Part shown: positions 1 to 9,288 of the stretch, one piece after another
Numbering within the stretch: the stretch's first letter is position 1
Layout of the letters: each line of letters opens with the position of its first letter
Sequence record: DRR723986_646
Length of the DNA: 20,000 nucleotides
Direction: 5' to 3' (one strand)
Translations under genes and position numbers: made by a program
The notes under the pieces: generated by a model
The model's database searches: none
Seen by the model: the letters and a program-made list of their open reading frames with translations, nothing else
Told to the model about the DNA's origin: nothing

Positions 1-105
1 CACCCGGATCACCTGCGCACCCAGGTCTGCCAGCGACATGGCGGCGAACGGTCCCGGGCCAATCCCGGCGATTTCGATGATCGTCAATCCCTCAAGTGGA
101 CCCAT
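1..105 (-). CDS. CaiB/BaiF (class III) CoA-transferase / alpha-methylacyl-CoA racemase-like protein, 5' end only (runs off the window)
   Basis: Not in the ORF track. Manual translation from ATG at 105 gives [35 protein letters not shown], the typical family N-terminus ([25 protein letters not shown]). AGGAG Shine-Dalgarno upstream on the minus strand. Confidence 0.9.
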   Translation of the reverse strand, partial: MGPLEGLTIIEIAGIGPGPFAAMSLADLGAQVIRV

Positions 106-315
106 GCTACCGCTCCTGTAATAACCCGTTGACGCAAGATGCCTGCTGCCAAACTGCGATGGTCCATTGTGCCGACAGCACTGAGCCCGGTTAATGACGA
201 AACCGGCCAGCATGGCCAGTCACAGCCTGACCGAAAAAACGCCGCCACAGGCATTCACTCCAGGGCGCTGGCACCGCACAATAGGTGCCCGGGTACAGCA
301 ACGAGACAGAACGCG

Positions 316-1530
316 ATGGACATTCGACTGAGCGAACAACCCGAGGGCCCGCTGCAAGGCATCCGTGTGCTGGATATCTCAACCATGCTCACCGGCCCCC
401 TGTGCAGTCAGCAGTTGGGCGACCTCGGTGCCGACGTGATCAAGATCGAGCCGCTCTACGGCGAAGTCACCCGCTGGCTGTCACCGCCGGTGCAGGCCGG
501 GCTCACCGGCTTCTTCAGCCAGGCCAACCGCAACAAGCGCGGTCTGGCACTGGACCTGAAGCAGGCCGAGGGCGTCGAAATCATTCGCCGCCTTGCGAGT
601 ACGGCCGATGTGCTGGTGGAAAATTTTCGCGGCGGCGTAGCCGACCGGCTGGGTATTGGCTATGACGACCTGAAACCGCTCAACGAACGACTCATCTATG
701 TGTCGATCACCGGCTTCGGGCCCACCGGCCCCTATGCCGAGCGCCCGGCCTACGACCCGCTGGCCCAGGGCCTGGTCGGCATGATGCCGGTCCAGGGCAA
801 ACCCTTCGGCGGCAAACCACAGTTGATCCAGTCTGCGATCGTCGACAAGACCACGGGCACGACAGCGGCCGGCGCGGCACTCGCCGCACTGTACGCGCGG
901 GACTCACACAACGGTACCGGGCGCGGCCAGCGGGTCGACGTACCCATGATCGATGCCTATGCTGCCAACTCACTGGTCGACATGCTCTGCGTTGACAGCT
1001 TCGTACCCAATGACATGCCGGACCCCGAACCCCTGGCGGTGTTGCGAACCTTCGCCACCCTGGATGGCCATGTGGTGGGCATGGCCCTGCAGGACAATCA
1101 CTTTCAGGGCCTGTGCAGGGCCCTGGACTGCGAGGCGCTATTGGAACGCCCGGGGATGCGCAACATCGGCGAGCGGGTCGCTGATTTCGATAACTGGCTC
1201 GACGCGATTGAGGCTGAAATCGGCAAGTGGCCGACGGCGGAATTTCTCTCCCGCTGTGATGCCCAGGGGGTCCCCTTCGGCAAGGTGAATACTATTCGCG
1301 AATTCGTCGAGGACCCGCAGGCCCAACACAACCGGACGATCTTCGACGCGGAACACCCCGAGGCCGGCACGATGCGCTACATACGCTATCCGGGGCACCT
1401 GTCGGATACTCCCGCCTGCCTGCACCGGCACCCACCGCGGCTAGGGGAGCACACGGCCGAAATCCTGGCAGAGGCGGGTTACAGTGCGACCGACATCGAG
1501 CAGTTGCAAGGCAAGAAGATCATCGCCTGA
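316..1530 (+). CDS. CaiB/BaiF (class III) CoA-transferase
   Basis: Motifs GPLQGIRVLD, LGDLGADVIKIE, NRNKRGLALDLK, ADVLVENFR, SITGFGPTGPY, AYD (catalytic Asp position) and PPRLGEHT. Start moved from 139 to ATG 316 because family similarity begins just after it. Confidence 0.9.
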   Translation: MDIRLSEQPEGPLQGIRVLDISTMLTGPLCSQQLGDLGADVIKIEPLYGEVTRWLSPPVQAGLTGFFSQANRNKRGLALDLKQAEGVEIIRRLASTADVLVENFRGGVADRLGIGYDDLKPLNERLIYVSITGFGPTGPYAERPAYDPLAQGLVGMMPVQGKPFGGKPQLIQSAIVDKTTGTTAAGAALAALYARDSHNGTGRGQRVDVPMIDAYAANSLVDMLCVDSFVPNDMPDPEPLAVLRTFATLDGHVVGMALQDNHFQGLCRALDCEALLERPGMRNIGERVADFDNWLDAIEAEIGKWPTAEFLSRCDAQGVPFGKVNTIREFVEDPQAQHNRTIFDAEHPEAGTMRYIRYPGHLSDTPACLHRHPPRLGEHTAEILAEAGYSATDIEQLQGKKIIA

Positions 1531-1541
1531 GGCTCAGCGCA

Positions 1542-3026
1542 TCAGTTGCCCGCGGCGGGCGTAAACCGCCCGCCACTGCACTCAACCGCCCGGCCGCAGT
1601 ACTCCTGCTGCTGCATGTCCGCCATCAGCGGCGGATCGTCATTCCAGGCGACTGTTCGCCGACCATCGGCCAGATCCAGCATGGCCACTGCGCGCCGCTC
1701 GGCGCCGGACTCGTGGATGACCGTGTAGCCGGCAATTGTCGCCGGACCGGAGCAGTCCGTGACCACCTCCAGCGGCGGATTGTCCGCCGCGACTTCACCG
1801 GTCACATCAATGAACTGGAAACCCGCGGGACCGGGTTCGGTCGACCACAGCCCGATCGCCTGTTTGGTCATCAGTCCAGACACCGAACTGGTAAGACCCC
1901 GGCTACCGGGTCGCTGACGCATCAGTTCGGCAAGACGGCAGGTGGACTGCAGCACGTAGTTATTCAACGGTCCACCGGCGAAAGGCATGCCGCCGGTAAC
2001 GGTCAGTTCACGCTCAAGGTCCAGGCCGATCTCAACGGCATAACTCTCCACCGCCACCGGGAAACAGCTGTACAGGTCAATGAAATCCAGCTGTTCAACC
2101 GAGCAGTCGGCAGCCGCCAGCGCTCGCCGCGCGGCAGCGGCGGCACCCGGTGTACGCGACAGGTCTGCGCGCTGGGCAACGCTGAGCATCTGGTTGCACT
2201 CAGCGCTGGCGACCGGGAACAGCCAGCGCTCGCGGGGAATCCCCAGGGCTCTGGCCCGCTCGGCACTGCACAGCAGCAGCGCTCCCGCCTGATCCACATT
2301 CCAGGAGGTGTTGTGCAGCTTGGTATAGGGGAAAGCGAGCATCGGGTTACGCGAACCAGGATTACGGATCGTCTCCGGCTCCATTGGCGAGCGCTTCCAG
2401 GCGTGGGGATTGTTGGCAGCGATGGCGCTGAACCGTGCATACAAGGCTGCTATATGATCCCGGTGTGCTTCTATGGATAAGCCTCGGCTGGCACGAAACG
2501 CGCTCTCGATAATCGCATAGTAGTTAACCGGCATGTAGCCCAGCCCCGAGTTGACCTCGGCGTCCAGATAAAGGTCTGCCTCAGCTGTGCGGGTGACATC
2601 AGGACTAGCCGCGTCTTCCCGCTCAGTCGCCTGTTCGCCGGCGATCTGCGCCTGCAGCCAGCGATAGCGCGCCTCGCCTCCCACCACCAGGCCCGCCTCG
2701 ATGGTGCCATCCGCTATCAACTGGCAGGTTTCGCCAATCGGAGTCTGCTGCAGCACGCCGATTTCAGCCAGTACTGAGGTCGCCTGCGGCGCAGCGATGG
2801 CATCTGCGATAAGGCGCGCCGGGTCGCCGTAGTGCCACAGCCCCCTGGGAACGCTGATCCGCCCAAGCGCGGTGCGCAGCTCGTCAGCACCCGCATCGGC
2901 CAGCGCCGCCAGGGCGGCGTCCACCATCAATTCCACCGGCTCTTTCGCCGCCCGCCAGTCGCCCAGTCGCTGCTCGATGATGCCGATGCCAACCAGCACC
3001 GGTGTCTTGTCGGGTATAGCGTCCAT
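1542..3026 (-). CDS. Thiolase-like protein (non-canonical acetyl-CoA acetyltransferase family)
   Basis: TPVLVGIG N-terminus, PYTKLH...VDQAGALLL, IDLYSCFP and LTVTGGMPFAGGPLNNY motifs. ATG at 3026 lies 4 nt downstream of the enoyl-CoA hydratase stop. Confidence 0.8.
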   Translation of the reverse strand: MDAIPDKTPVLVGIGIIEQRLGDWRAAKEPVELMVDAALAALADAGADELRTALGRISVPRGLWHYGDPARLIADAIAAPQATSVLAEIGVLQQTPIGETCQLIADGTIEAGLVVGGEARYRWLQAQIAGEQATEREDAASPDVTRTAEADLYLDAEVNSGLGYMPVNYYAIIESAFRASRGLSIEAHRDHIAALYARFSAIAANNPHAWKRSPMEPETIRNPGSRNPMLAFPYTKLHNTSWNVDQAGALLLCSAERARALGIPRERWLFPVASAECNQMLSVAQRADLSRTPGAAAAARRALAAADCSVEQLDFIDLYSCFPVAVESYAVEIGLDLERELTVTGGMPFAGGPLNNYVLQSTCRLAELMRQRPGSRGLTSSVSGLMTKQAIGLWSTEPGPAGFQFIDVTGEVAADNPPLEVVTDCSGPATIAGYTVIHESGAERRAVAMLDLADGRRTVAWNDDPPLMADMQQQEYCGRAVECSGGRFTPAAGN

Positions 3027-3030
3027 CAGC

Positions 3031-3837
3031 TCATTCCCCCTTGAATTCCGGCATGCGCTTCTCCTTGAAGGCTCGCGGCCCCTCACGCGCATCACGACTC
3101 ATCATTACGGCACCCGCCTGTTCCATCTCGAACCGAAACGCGTCCTGCCAGGGCAAGGTGTGGGTCTCCAGCGCAGTGCGCTTGATCGCCTGCAGGGCCA
3201 GGGGTGCCTGCCGACAGATATTGTCAGCCAGCTCCGCGGCACGAGCCAGCAGACGCTCCCGGGGCACTACTTCAGAAATCAGGCCCATCGCCTGGGCCTC
3301 GGCGGCAGCTACCGGTTCACCGGCAAGCAGGATCTTCATCGCATGAGCCCAGGGCAGCTGGCGGGCCAGGCGCACCATCGAACCCGCGCCGGGCACCACG
3401 CCGGACAGCGGCTCCGGCAGGGAAAAACTGGCGTTTTCCGCGGCGACACGGATATCCGTGGCCTGCAGCAGCTCGGTGCCGCCACCCAGGGCCCGGCCGT
3501 TGATTGCCGCGATCACTGGCTTGTACATGGGCCGGTCCTTGAGCATCACCCTGTCGATGATGAGCGGGTCATCGAGCAGCCGTTGTTCGACCGCATTCTG
3601 CGGCTGGCGCGCACCGGTCCACAGGGGGATCACCTCGCCCAGGTCTCCGCCGCAGCAGAAGTCCTCGTCACCCGCTGCCGTGATTACCGCCACCCTGATT
3701 GCGTCATCGTCGCGCACCCGCTCCCAGGCATCCGCAAGCGCTACAAACATCTCGCCATTCATAAGATTGCGGCGTTCTGGCCGGTTGAGGGTGATCCAGG
3801 CCTGCTGGCCACGGATTTCGAACAACACTGCGCCCAT
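3031..3837 (-). CDS. Enoyl-CoA hydratase/isomerase (crotonase) family protein
   Basis: ITLNRPERRN, FCCGGDL, KPVIAAINGRALGGGTE, DIRVA, LPE and DAREGPRAFKEKR motifs; both catalytic Glu positions present. AGGAGG RBS before ATG 3837. Confidence 0.92.
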   Translation of the reverse strand: MGAVLFEIRGQQAWITLNRPERRNLMNGEMFVALADAWERVRDDDAIRVAVITAAGDEDFCCGGDLGEVIPLWTGARQPQNAVEQRLLDDPLIIDRVMLKDRPMYKPVIAAINGRALGGGTELLQATDIRVAAENASFSLPEPLSGVVPGAGSMVRLARQLPWAHAMKILLAGEPVAAAEAQAMGLISEVVPRERLLARAAELADNICRQAPLALQAIKRTALETHTLPWQDAFRFEMEQAGAVMMSRDAREGPRAFKEKRMPEFKGE

Positions 3838-3939
3838 AGGGGTCCTCCTGTCGCGCTGGCAGGTATTCGTATCTTGTGCAGGAGCAGAAGATACGCTGCG
3901 CCCTGCCATTTTGCACGGCGGCATGTTTAGATAGCGTGC

Positions 3940-4680
3940 ATGTCGACCCTGTCGCTGCAATCGGTCAGCAAAACCTTTGGTGCCACTACTGCCCTGGATA
4001 CGGTCAGCCTGGAGATACCGGCAGCCGGTATCACCGCGCTTATCGGCCGCAGCGGCTGCGGTAAATCCACCTTACTACGCCTGTGTAACGGCCTGCTTAC
4101 CCCGGACCGGGGAACAGTAACCATCCTCGGCGAACCCCTGGCCTACGATGACCTGCCCCGCCAGCGCCGTCGCATCGGCTATGCCGTGCAAGGGACGGGT
4201 CTATTCCCGCACCTGACGGTGCGCGGCAACATCGCGTTGCTCGCTGAACTGACCGGCTGGTCGGCCGAGTTGATCGACCAGCGTCTGGCCGAGCTGCTAT
4301 CGCTCACCCACCTTGAAGAGGAGTTGCTGGACCGTCACCCGCACCAGCTCAGCGGTGGACAGCAGCAGCGGGTCGGACTGTGCCGGGCAATGATGCTGCG
4401 CCCGCAGGTACTGCTGCTGGACGAACCCTTTGCCGCCATCGACCCCATTACCCGCGCGGACATCCACCAGGCACTGCTCGACCTGTACCAGGCCGAGCCG
4501 ACGACCGTACTGCTGGTGACCCATGACATCCGCGAGGCGCTGCGCCTGGCTGACCGCATCGTGCTGCTGGAGTCCGGCCAGATCGTGCTGGACCAGGAAA
4601 CCCCAACCTTGCTCGCGGCGCACCCGGGTCTCGACCCGGACCAGCTGTTGCAAGAACTGATGTCGACGGCGGCGGCATGA
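3940..4680 (+). CDS. ABC transporter ATP-binding subunit, betaine/quaternary amine (OpuBA/ProV-like) type, without CBS domains
   Basis: Walker [28 protein letters not shown], signature LSGGQQQR, Walker B LLLDEPF, H-loop VTHD; 246 aa. ATGA overlap with the next gene. Confidence 0.92.
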   Translation: MSTLSLQSVSKTFGATTALDTVSLEIPAAGITALIGRSGCGKSTLLRLCNGLLTPDRGTVTILGEPLAYDDLPRQRRRIGYAVQGTGLFPHLTVRGNIALLAELTGWSAELIDQRLAELLSLTHLEEELLDRHPHQLSGGQQQRVGLCRAMMLRPQVLLLDEPFAAIDPITRADIHQALLDLYQAEPTTVLLVTHDIREALRLADRIVLLESGQIVLDQETPTLLAAHPGLDPDQLLQELMSTAAA

Positions 4681-6155
4681 GAACCCTGCTGCGACGCAGC
4701 TGCTGTGCCCTGCTGCTGCTCTTGCTGCTGCCTCGGGTAGCCGGTGCCGAAGCGCTGGTCATTGGTTCCAAGACCTTCACCGAAAGCCACGTCCTGGCGG
4801 AGCTCGCGGCACAGCTGCTGGAGGCGGAAGGTCTACCCGTGGAGCGTCGCCTGGGCCTCGGCGGAACCCTGGTGGCCTTCGAGGCGCTCAAGGCCGGCGC
4901 TATCGATCTGTACCCGGAGTACACCGGAACGCTCAGCCAGGCGGTGTTCCAACGGCCCGGTATGCGGCGCGATGCCCTGCTGAGCAGCCTCTCCTCGCGC
5001 GAGCTAAAGGCAGCGGCCTGGCTGGGTTTCAATAACAGCTATGCCATTGCGCTGGGTGAAGCCACAGCGGTGTCACTGGCCATCACCACCATCAGCGAGC
5101 TGGCGGCCCACCCGGACCTCGACCTGGCTTTCTCCCATGAATTCCTCCAGCGCGGCGACGGCTGGCCTGCGCTGAGCGCGCATTACGGTCTGAGTCAGCA
5201 GCCACGCGGCATTGAGCACGCGCTGGCCTACCGCGCGATCGAATCCGGCGCCCTGCAGGGCACCGACGCCTATACTACCGATGGGGAACTGGACGCCTAC
5301 AGCCTGCGCCTGCTGGAGGATGATCGCGACTTTTTCCCGCAGTACGACGCCCTGCTGTTGGCTCGCACGGATCTTCCGGCTACCGCCGCCGCGGTGCTGG
5401 CACGTCTGCAAGGGCTGATCGATGAGCCAGCGATGCGGGCCATGAATCGCCGGGTCGCCAACGAGGGGGTCGATCCTGCCATCGTCGCCGGGGATTTCCT
5501 GCGAGACCGCGGCCTGGCGATGGACGCCAGGCACAGCGCGCCCACCTGGTATAAGAACGTACTGGACAATACCGCGACACATCTCAAGCTGACCTTCAGC
5601 GCGCTGGTCCTGGCCTGCCTGTTCGCCATCCCGACCGCGCTACTGCTCGCCCGCCACGAGCGGATAGCCCGCGGCTTGCTGTATACCACCGGCTTGCTGC
5701 AAACCGTGCCCGCGCTCGCCCTGCTGGCCCTGCTTATCCCCCTGGTGGGGCTGGGCCAGGCGCCGGCGATCATCGCGTTGTTCCTCTACTCGCTGCTGCC
5801 CATCGTCCGCAATACGCTGACCGGGATCTTCGCCATCGATCCGCTGCTGCGCGAGGTAGCTGAGGGCATCGGCCTGACGCCGGGACAACAGCTCTGGCGG
5901 GTGGAGCTACCGCTTGCTGCCCCGATGATCCTCGCCGGCGTTAAAACTGCCGCGATCATCAGTATCGGCACAGCGACCCTGGCTGCCTTTGTCGGTGCGG
6001 GTGGTCTCGGGGAACCGATCATCACCGGGCTGACCCTGAGCGACAATGGGCTCATCCTGCAGGGCGCCATTCCCGCCGCCCTGCTGGCGATCCTGGTTGA
6101 ACTGCTCTTTGAGCTGGTGGAGCGGGGCCTGATACCCGCCCATCTGCGCAATTAA
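4677..6155 (+). CDS. Fused substrate-binding protein + permease of a betaine-type ABC transporter (candidate ergothioneine/hercynine transporter)
   Basis: Signal-like N-terminus; binding-domain motifs [41 protein letters not shown]-terminal membrane domain with [13 protein letters not shown]-like loop EVAEGIGLT...VELPLA and GAGGLG. Substrate inferred from the neighbours only. Confidence 0.88.
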   Translation: MRTLLRRSCCALLLLLLLPRVAGAEALVIGSKTFTESHVLAELAAQLLEAEGLPVERRLGLGGTLVAFEALKAGAIDLYPEYTGTLSQAVFQRPGMRRDALLSSLSSRELKAAAWLGFNNSYAIALGEATAVSLAITTISELAAHPDLDLAFSHEFLQRGDGWPALSAHYGLSQQPRGIEHALAYRAIESGALQGTDAYTTDGELDAYSLRLLEDDRDFFPQYDALLLARTDLPATAAAVLARLQGLIDEPAMRAMNRRVANEGVDPAIVAGDFLRDRGLAMDARHSAPTWYKNVLDNTATHLKLTFSALVLACLFAIPTALLLARHERIARGLLYTTGLLQTVPALALLALLIPLVGLGQAPAIIALFLYSLLPIVRNTLTGIFAIDPLLREVAEGIGLTPGQQLWRVELPLAAPMILAGVKTAAIISIGTATLAAFVGAGGLGEPIITGLTLSDNGLILQGAIPAALLAILVELLFELVERGLIPAHLRN

Positions 6156-6257
6156 GGGCATTGTCATGGAGCCATCCGGGAAAGCTGTTACCCTATACCA
6201 AAAACAAGCCAGCCTTCAGCAAAACGGACAGCCAATCCCATCTCAAACGCAGCCCAC

Positions 6258-7034
6258 ATCAGTGCGTTCTCAGCATTCTGCTCAGCGGCCCGGCCACAGG
6301 CAGCCGGCAACCCCTGTCGCGTGCACCGGTTCGCGTATGAGCCGGATTTCGCACCGCAACCATCGGACATGGCGCAGTGCGCCACCTGGCCTGCGGGCGA
6401 TTTCCGCGCCGGCGTTCGCTGCTGGACGGCCAGTGGCCACGCCATCCAGTGCTGCGGTCACGGCCTGCTGTCCGCGGCAGCCAGCTGGCAGCCGGAATGG
6501 CCAGGGCATGGCGAATTGCTGATGAACGGCTCGACCATCCTCTGCGAGTACGATGCCCGGGACATCTGGCTCGGCTTTTCACGCGTCAGCTGCCACAGTT
6601 GTTCGGTTCCATCCTGGGCAACAGCCCTGTTCGGCACCGCGCCAGTTACAGCGGCACAGGCCAGCGGCGACGATGGCTACCTGATCCTGGCCTGGCCGGA
6701 CAACACGGTGCTTGACACCCTGGCAGCGCCCGGTGCCGCACTGGCTAAGCACACCCATCGCGCCCTTATCGCCACCTGTGCCACCACTCCCGGCGAAAGC
6801 CGCTTCGGCGAGTCGATACGCTATCGCTACTTTGCCCCGCAGCACGGTGTAGACGAGGACTGCGCAACCGGCTCGGCCCTGCGCATCCTGGCCGACTACT
6901 GGGAATCGCGCGGAATAGGTGCCCAGCTTAGCGCCTGGCAGCAGTCACCGCGTGGAGGCTGGCTGCATAGCCGGATAAGCGGCGACCAGGTATGGATCGG
7001 CGGCGCTGTTGCCGAACAGGTGCCGGTCGCATGA
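6258..7034 (+). CDS. Divergent PhzF/DapF-fold isomerase-like protein (start uncertain; frame open from 6156)
   Basis: In-frame SAF...GNPCRV (6270-6323, cf. DAF...GNPAAV), RCWT....IQCCGHG, RYFAPQHGVDEDCATGSA, QQSPRGG and VWIGG. Stop overlaps the egtB start (ATGA). First canonical in-frame start (GTG 6321) lies at the end of the N-terminal motif; 6258 is only an approximate start. Confidence 0.75.
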   Translation: MSAFSAFCSAARPQAAGNPCRVHRFAYEPDFAPQPSDMAQCATWPAGDFRAGVRCWTASGHAIQCCGHGLLSAAASWQPEWPGHGELLMNGSTILCEYDARDIWLGFSRVSCHSCSVPSWATALFGTAPVTAAQASGDDGYLILAWPDNTVLDTLAAPGAALAKHTHRALIATCATTPGESRFGESIRYRYFAPQHGVDEDCATGSALRILADYWESRGIGAQLSAWQQSPRGGWLHSRISGDQVWIGGAVAEQVPVA

Positions 7035-8287
7035 GCAGCCAGAGCCTGCTCGAATCGTTTCAGGAGACCCGCCAGCAGTCGGTCAGCTTCTGTAACGCAC
7101 TGGCCATTGAAGACTATGGCCTGCAGGCAGCAGACTTCGTAAGCCCGCCCAAGTGGCATCTCGCGCATACCAGCTGGTTCTTCGAAACCTTTATCCTCAA
7201 ACCGTTCTGCAGTGACTACCGGGCCAGCGAACCGTTGTTTGAGGTGCTGTTCAATTCCTACTACAACGGCATCGGCGAACAGTTCCCGCGCCCCAAACGT
7301 GGCCTATTATCGCGGCCGACCGTCGCGGAAGTACTCGCCTACCGGGCGGAAATCGATGCCGCTATGATTCAGCTCCTCGACAGCCCCGGTAGCAACACGG
7401 AGGAAATCGCTGCTCGCACCCGGCTGGGTATCGAACACGAGCGCCAGCACCAGGAGCTGTTCTTCACTGACCTGAAGTACTCCCTGTTCGTGAATCCACT
7501 GTACCCGGCGTATTCGACCGCAGTCCCCGAGGATAGCCCTCAACCTGCGCCGGTGAGCTGGCTGGAGTTTGATGGCGGGCTGGTTGAAACGGGATTTGCG
7601 GGCGACGGTTTCTGCTTCGACAACGAGTTACCGCGGCACAAGACCTACCTCGAACCCTTTGCCCTTGCAGACCGGTTGGTGAGCAACGGCGAATACCAGA
7701 CATTTATCGATGACGGCGGCTACCATCGTCCCGAACTCTGGCTCGCCGACGGCTGGACCCAGGTAGTGGCTGAAAAATGGCAGGCTCCACTGTACTGGAT
7801 CGACCGGGACGGGGAACAACTGGCGTTTACCCTGGCCGGACTGCAGCCACGGCGCGCAGCGCAGCCTGTGTGCCATATCAGCGGCTATGAGGCCGACGCC
7901 TTCGCGCGCTGGGCCAATGCGCGACTTCCCACCGAGCATGAATGGGAACATGCCGCCAACACGGCAGCCGCACCTGTCGGCGGTGTCGACGAGCTGGTCT
8001 TCCATCCCGGCCCTGCCACGGGTGAGGGCTTGCGCCAGCTGTACGGTGCCTGCTGGCAATGGACCCAGAGCGCCTACAGCCCCTACCCCGGCTACCAGGC
8101 GTCGGCCGGCGCCATTGGTGAATACAACGGTAAGTTCATGAGTAACCAGTGGGTGCTGCGCGGCGGCTCCTGCGTGTCAAAGGCAGCCCACCTGCGCCCC
8201 AGTTACCGGAACTTCTTCTACCCACCGGATCGCTGGCAGTTCTCAGGTATTCGCCTGGCGCAGTCTATCCGGGACACTCATTCCTAA
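7031..8287 (+). CDS. egtB: Ergothioneine biosynthesis sulfoxide synthase EgtB
   Basis: SPPKWHLAHTSWFFE, FNSYY, RPKRGLLSRP, iron motif HERQHQE, FGE-sulfatase-like C-terminal domain (FCFDNE, RLPTEHEWE, GEYNGKFM, VLRGGS, YRNFF...RWQFSGIR). ATG 7031 is coupled to the upstream stop. Confidence 0.95.
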   Translation: MSSQSLLESFQETRQQSVSFCNALAIEDYGLQAADFVSPPKWHLAHTSWFFETFILKPFCSDYRASEPLFEVLFNSYYNGIGEQFPRPKRGLLSRPTVAEVLAYRAEIDAAMIQLLDSPGSNTEEIAARTRLGIEHERQHQELFFTDLKYSLFVNPLYPAYSTAVPEDSPQPAPVSWLEFDGGLVETGFAGDGFCFDNELPRHKTYLEPFALADRLVSNGEYQTFIDDGGYHRPELWLADGWTQVVAEKWQAPLYWIDRDGEQLAFTLAGLQPRRAAQPVCHISGYEADAFARWANARLPTEHEWEHAANTAAAPVGGVDELVFHPGPATGEGLRQLYGACWQWTQSAYSPYPGYQASAGAIGEYNGKFMSNQWVLRGGSCVSKAAHLRPSYRNFFYPPDRWQFSGIRLAQSIRDTHS

Positions 8288-8299
8288 GTGGACAAACGG

Positions 8300-9274
8300 A
8301 TGCACAAAGCGAGAGCAATTACCAATAACGTCACGTTTCGCGACCTTCACCCCGCGCACGGGGACAGCCGCAGCGAGATCATTGCCGGCTTGCAACAAGA
8401 CGCCAAGACAATTGACCCAAAGTGGTTCTACGATGAGCGCGGCTCACAGCTGTTCGACCAGATCACCCGAGTCCCGGAGTACTATCCGACGCGCACGGAG
8501 AAACAGATACTGCAGGACAACGCGGAGTCAATCAGCAGCTACTGCGAGACCGGTTGCGTGTTCATCGAACCCGGCAGCGGCAGCTGCGAGAAAGTCCAGC
8601 TGCTGCTCGACGAGCTGCAGCCGAGCAGCTATGTGCCCGTGGATATTTCCGCCGACTTCCTGCTCAACGCCGCCCATGCGCTGGGGGAAGACTACCCATG
8701 GCTGGACATCCAGGCGGTCTGTGCCGACTTCAACCGGGACTGGTCATTCGCCGAGACCCTGCCCGAAGGCAAACGCGTCGTGTTCTATCCTGGCTCTACC
8801 ATCGGCAACCTGGAGCCGGCAGCGGCGGTCGAATTCCTGCGCAAGGTGCGCGACATCCTGGCGGAATCAGGCGGCGCGGTCATCGGCGTCGACCTGCACA
8901 AGTCCAGTGACCAGCTTAACAGCGCCTACAATGACAGCGCCGGGCTGACGGCCGCTTTCAATCTCAATGTGCTGACCAGGCTAAATTCCCTGCTGGACGC
9001 GGACTTTGACGTAGCAGCTTTCCGCCACCACGCCTTCTACAATACCGACCTGCGGCGCATAGAAATGCACCTGGTCAGTGAGCGCAGCCAGACGGTTAGC
9101 TGCGCCGGCGAGAAGATTCATTTCGAGCAGGGCGAGAGTATTCACACCGAGAGTTCCTACAAATACACGGTGGAGGATTTCACCGAGCTGGCCGCGGAGG
9201 CAAACCTGGCACTGCAACACAGCTGGATCGATGCCGAACAGCTGTTCAGCGTACACTACCTCGCCGCCGCCTGA
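8300..9274 (+). CDS. egtD: L-histidine N(alpha)-methyltransferase EgtD (alternative GTG start at 8288)
   Basis: PKWFYDERGSQLFDQIT..PEYYPTRTE, EPGSGS, YVPVDIS, PGSTIGN, AYNDSAGLTAAFNLN, RIEMHL and IHTESSYKY; adjacent to egtB. Confidence 0.95.
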   Translation: MHKARAITNNVTFRDLHPAHGDSRSEIIAGLQQDAKTIDPKWFYDERGSQLFDQITRVPEYYPTRTEKQILQDNAESISSYCETGCVFIEPGSGSCEKVQLLLDELQPSSYVPVDISADFLLNAAHALGEDYPWLDIQAVCADFNRDWSFAETLPEGKRVVFYPGSTIGNLEPAAAVEFLRKVRDILAESGGAVIGVDLHKSSDQLNSAYNDSAGLTAAFNLNVLTRLNSLLDADFDVAAFRHHAFYNTDLRRIEMHLVSERSQTVSCAGEKIHFEQGESIHTESSYKYTVEDFTELAAEANLALQHSWIDAEQLFSVHYLAAA

Positions 9275-9288
9275 ACGAACTGCCCTAT

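Noticed and set aside
139-315. 59-aa N-terminal extension of the CoA-transferase in the ORF track
   Set aside because: No family similarity; it spans the divergent intergenic region, and ATG 316 fits the family start.
2872-3930. 352-aa plus-strand ORF
   Set aside because: Antisense shadow of the crotonase and thiolase-like genes, common in GC-rich DNA; no recognisable motifs.
4689-4730. CTG/GCT-rich repeat-like tract
   Set aside because: Explained by Leu/Cys codons of the signal peptide; not a tandem-repeat locus.
6166-6522. 118-aa ORF as an independent gene
   Set aside because: Low-complexity translation overlapping the PhzF-like frame; only its ATG is of interest as a possible frameshifted start.
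7031-9274. Selenoneine (senABC) or ovothiol (ovoA) cluster
   Set aside because: No SenB glycosyltransferase or SelD/SenC nearby, no C-terminal methyltransferase fused to the sulfoxide synthase, and egtD is adjacent.
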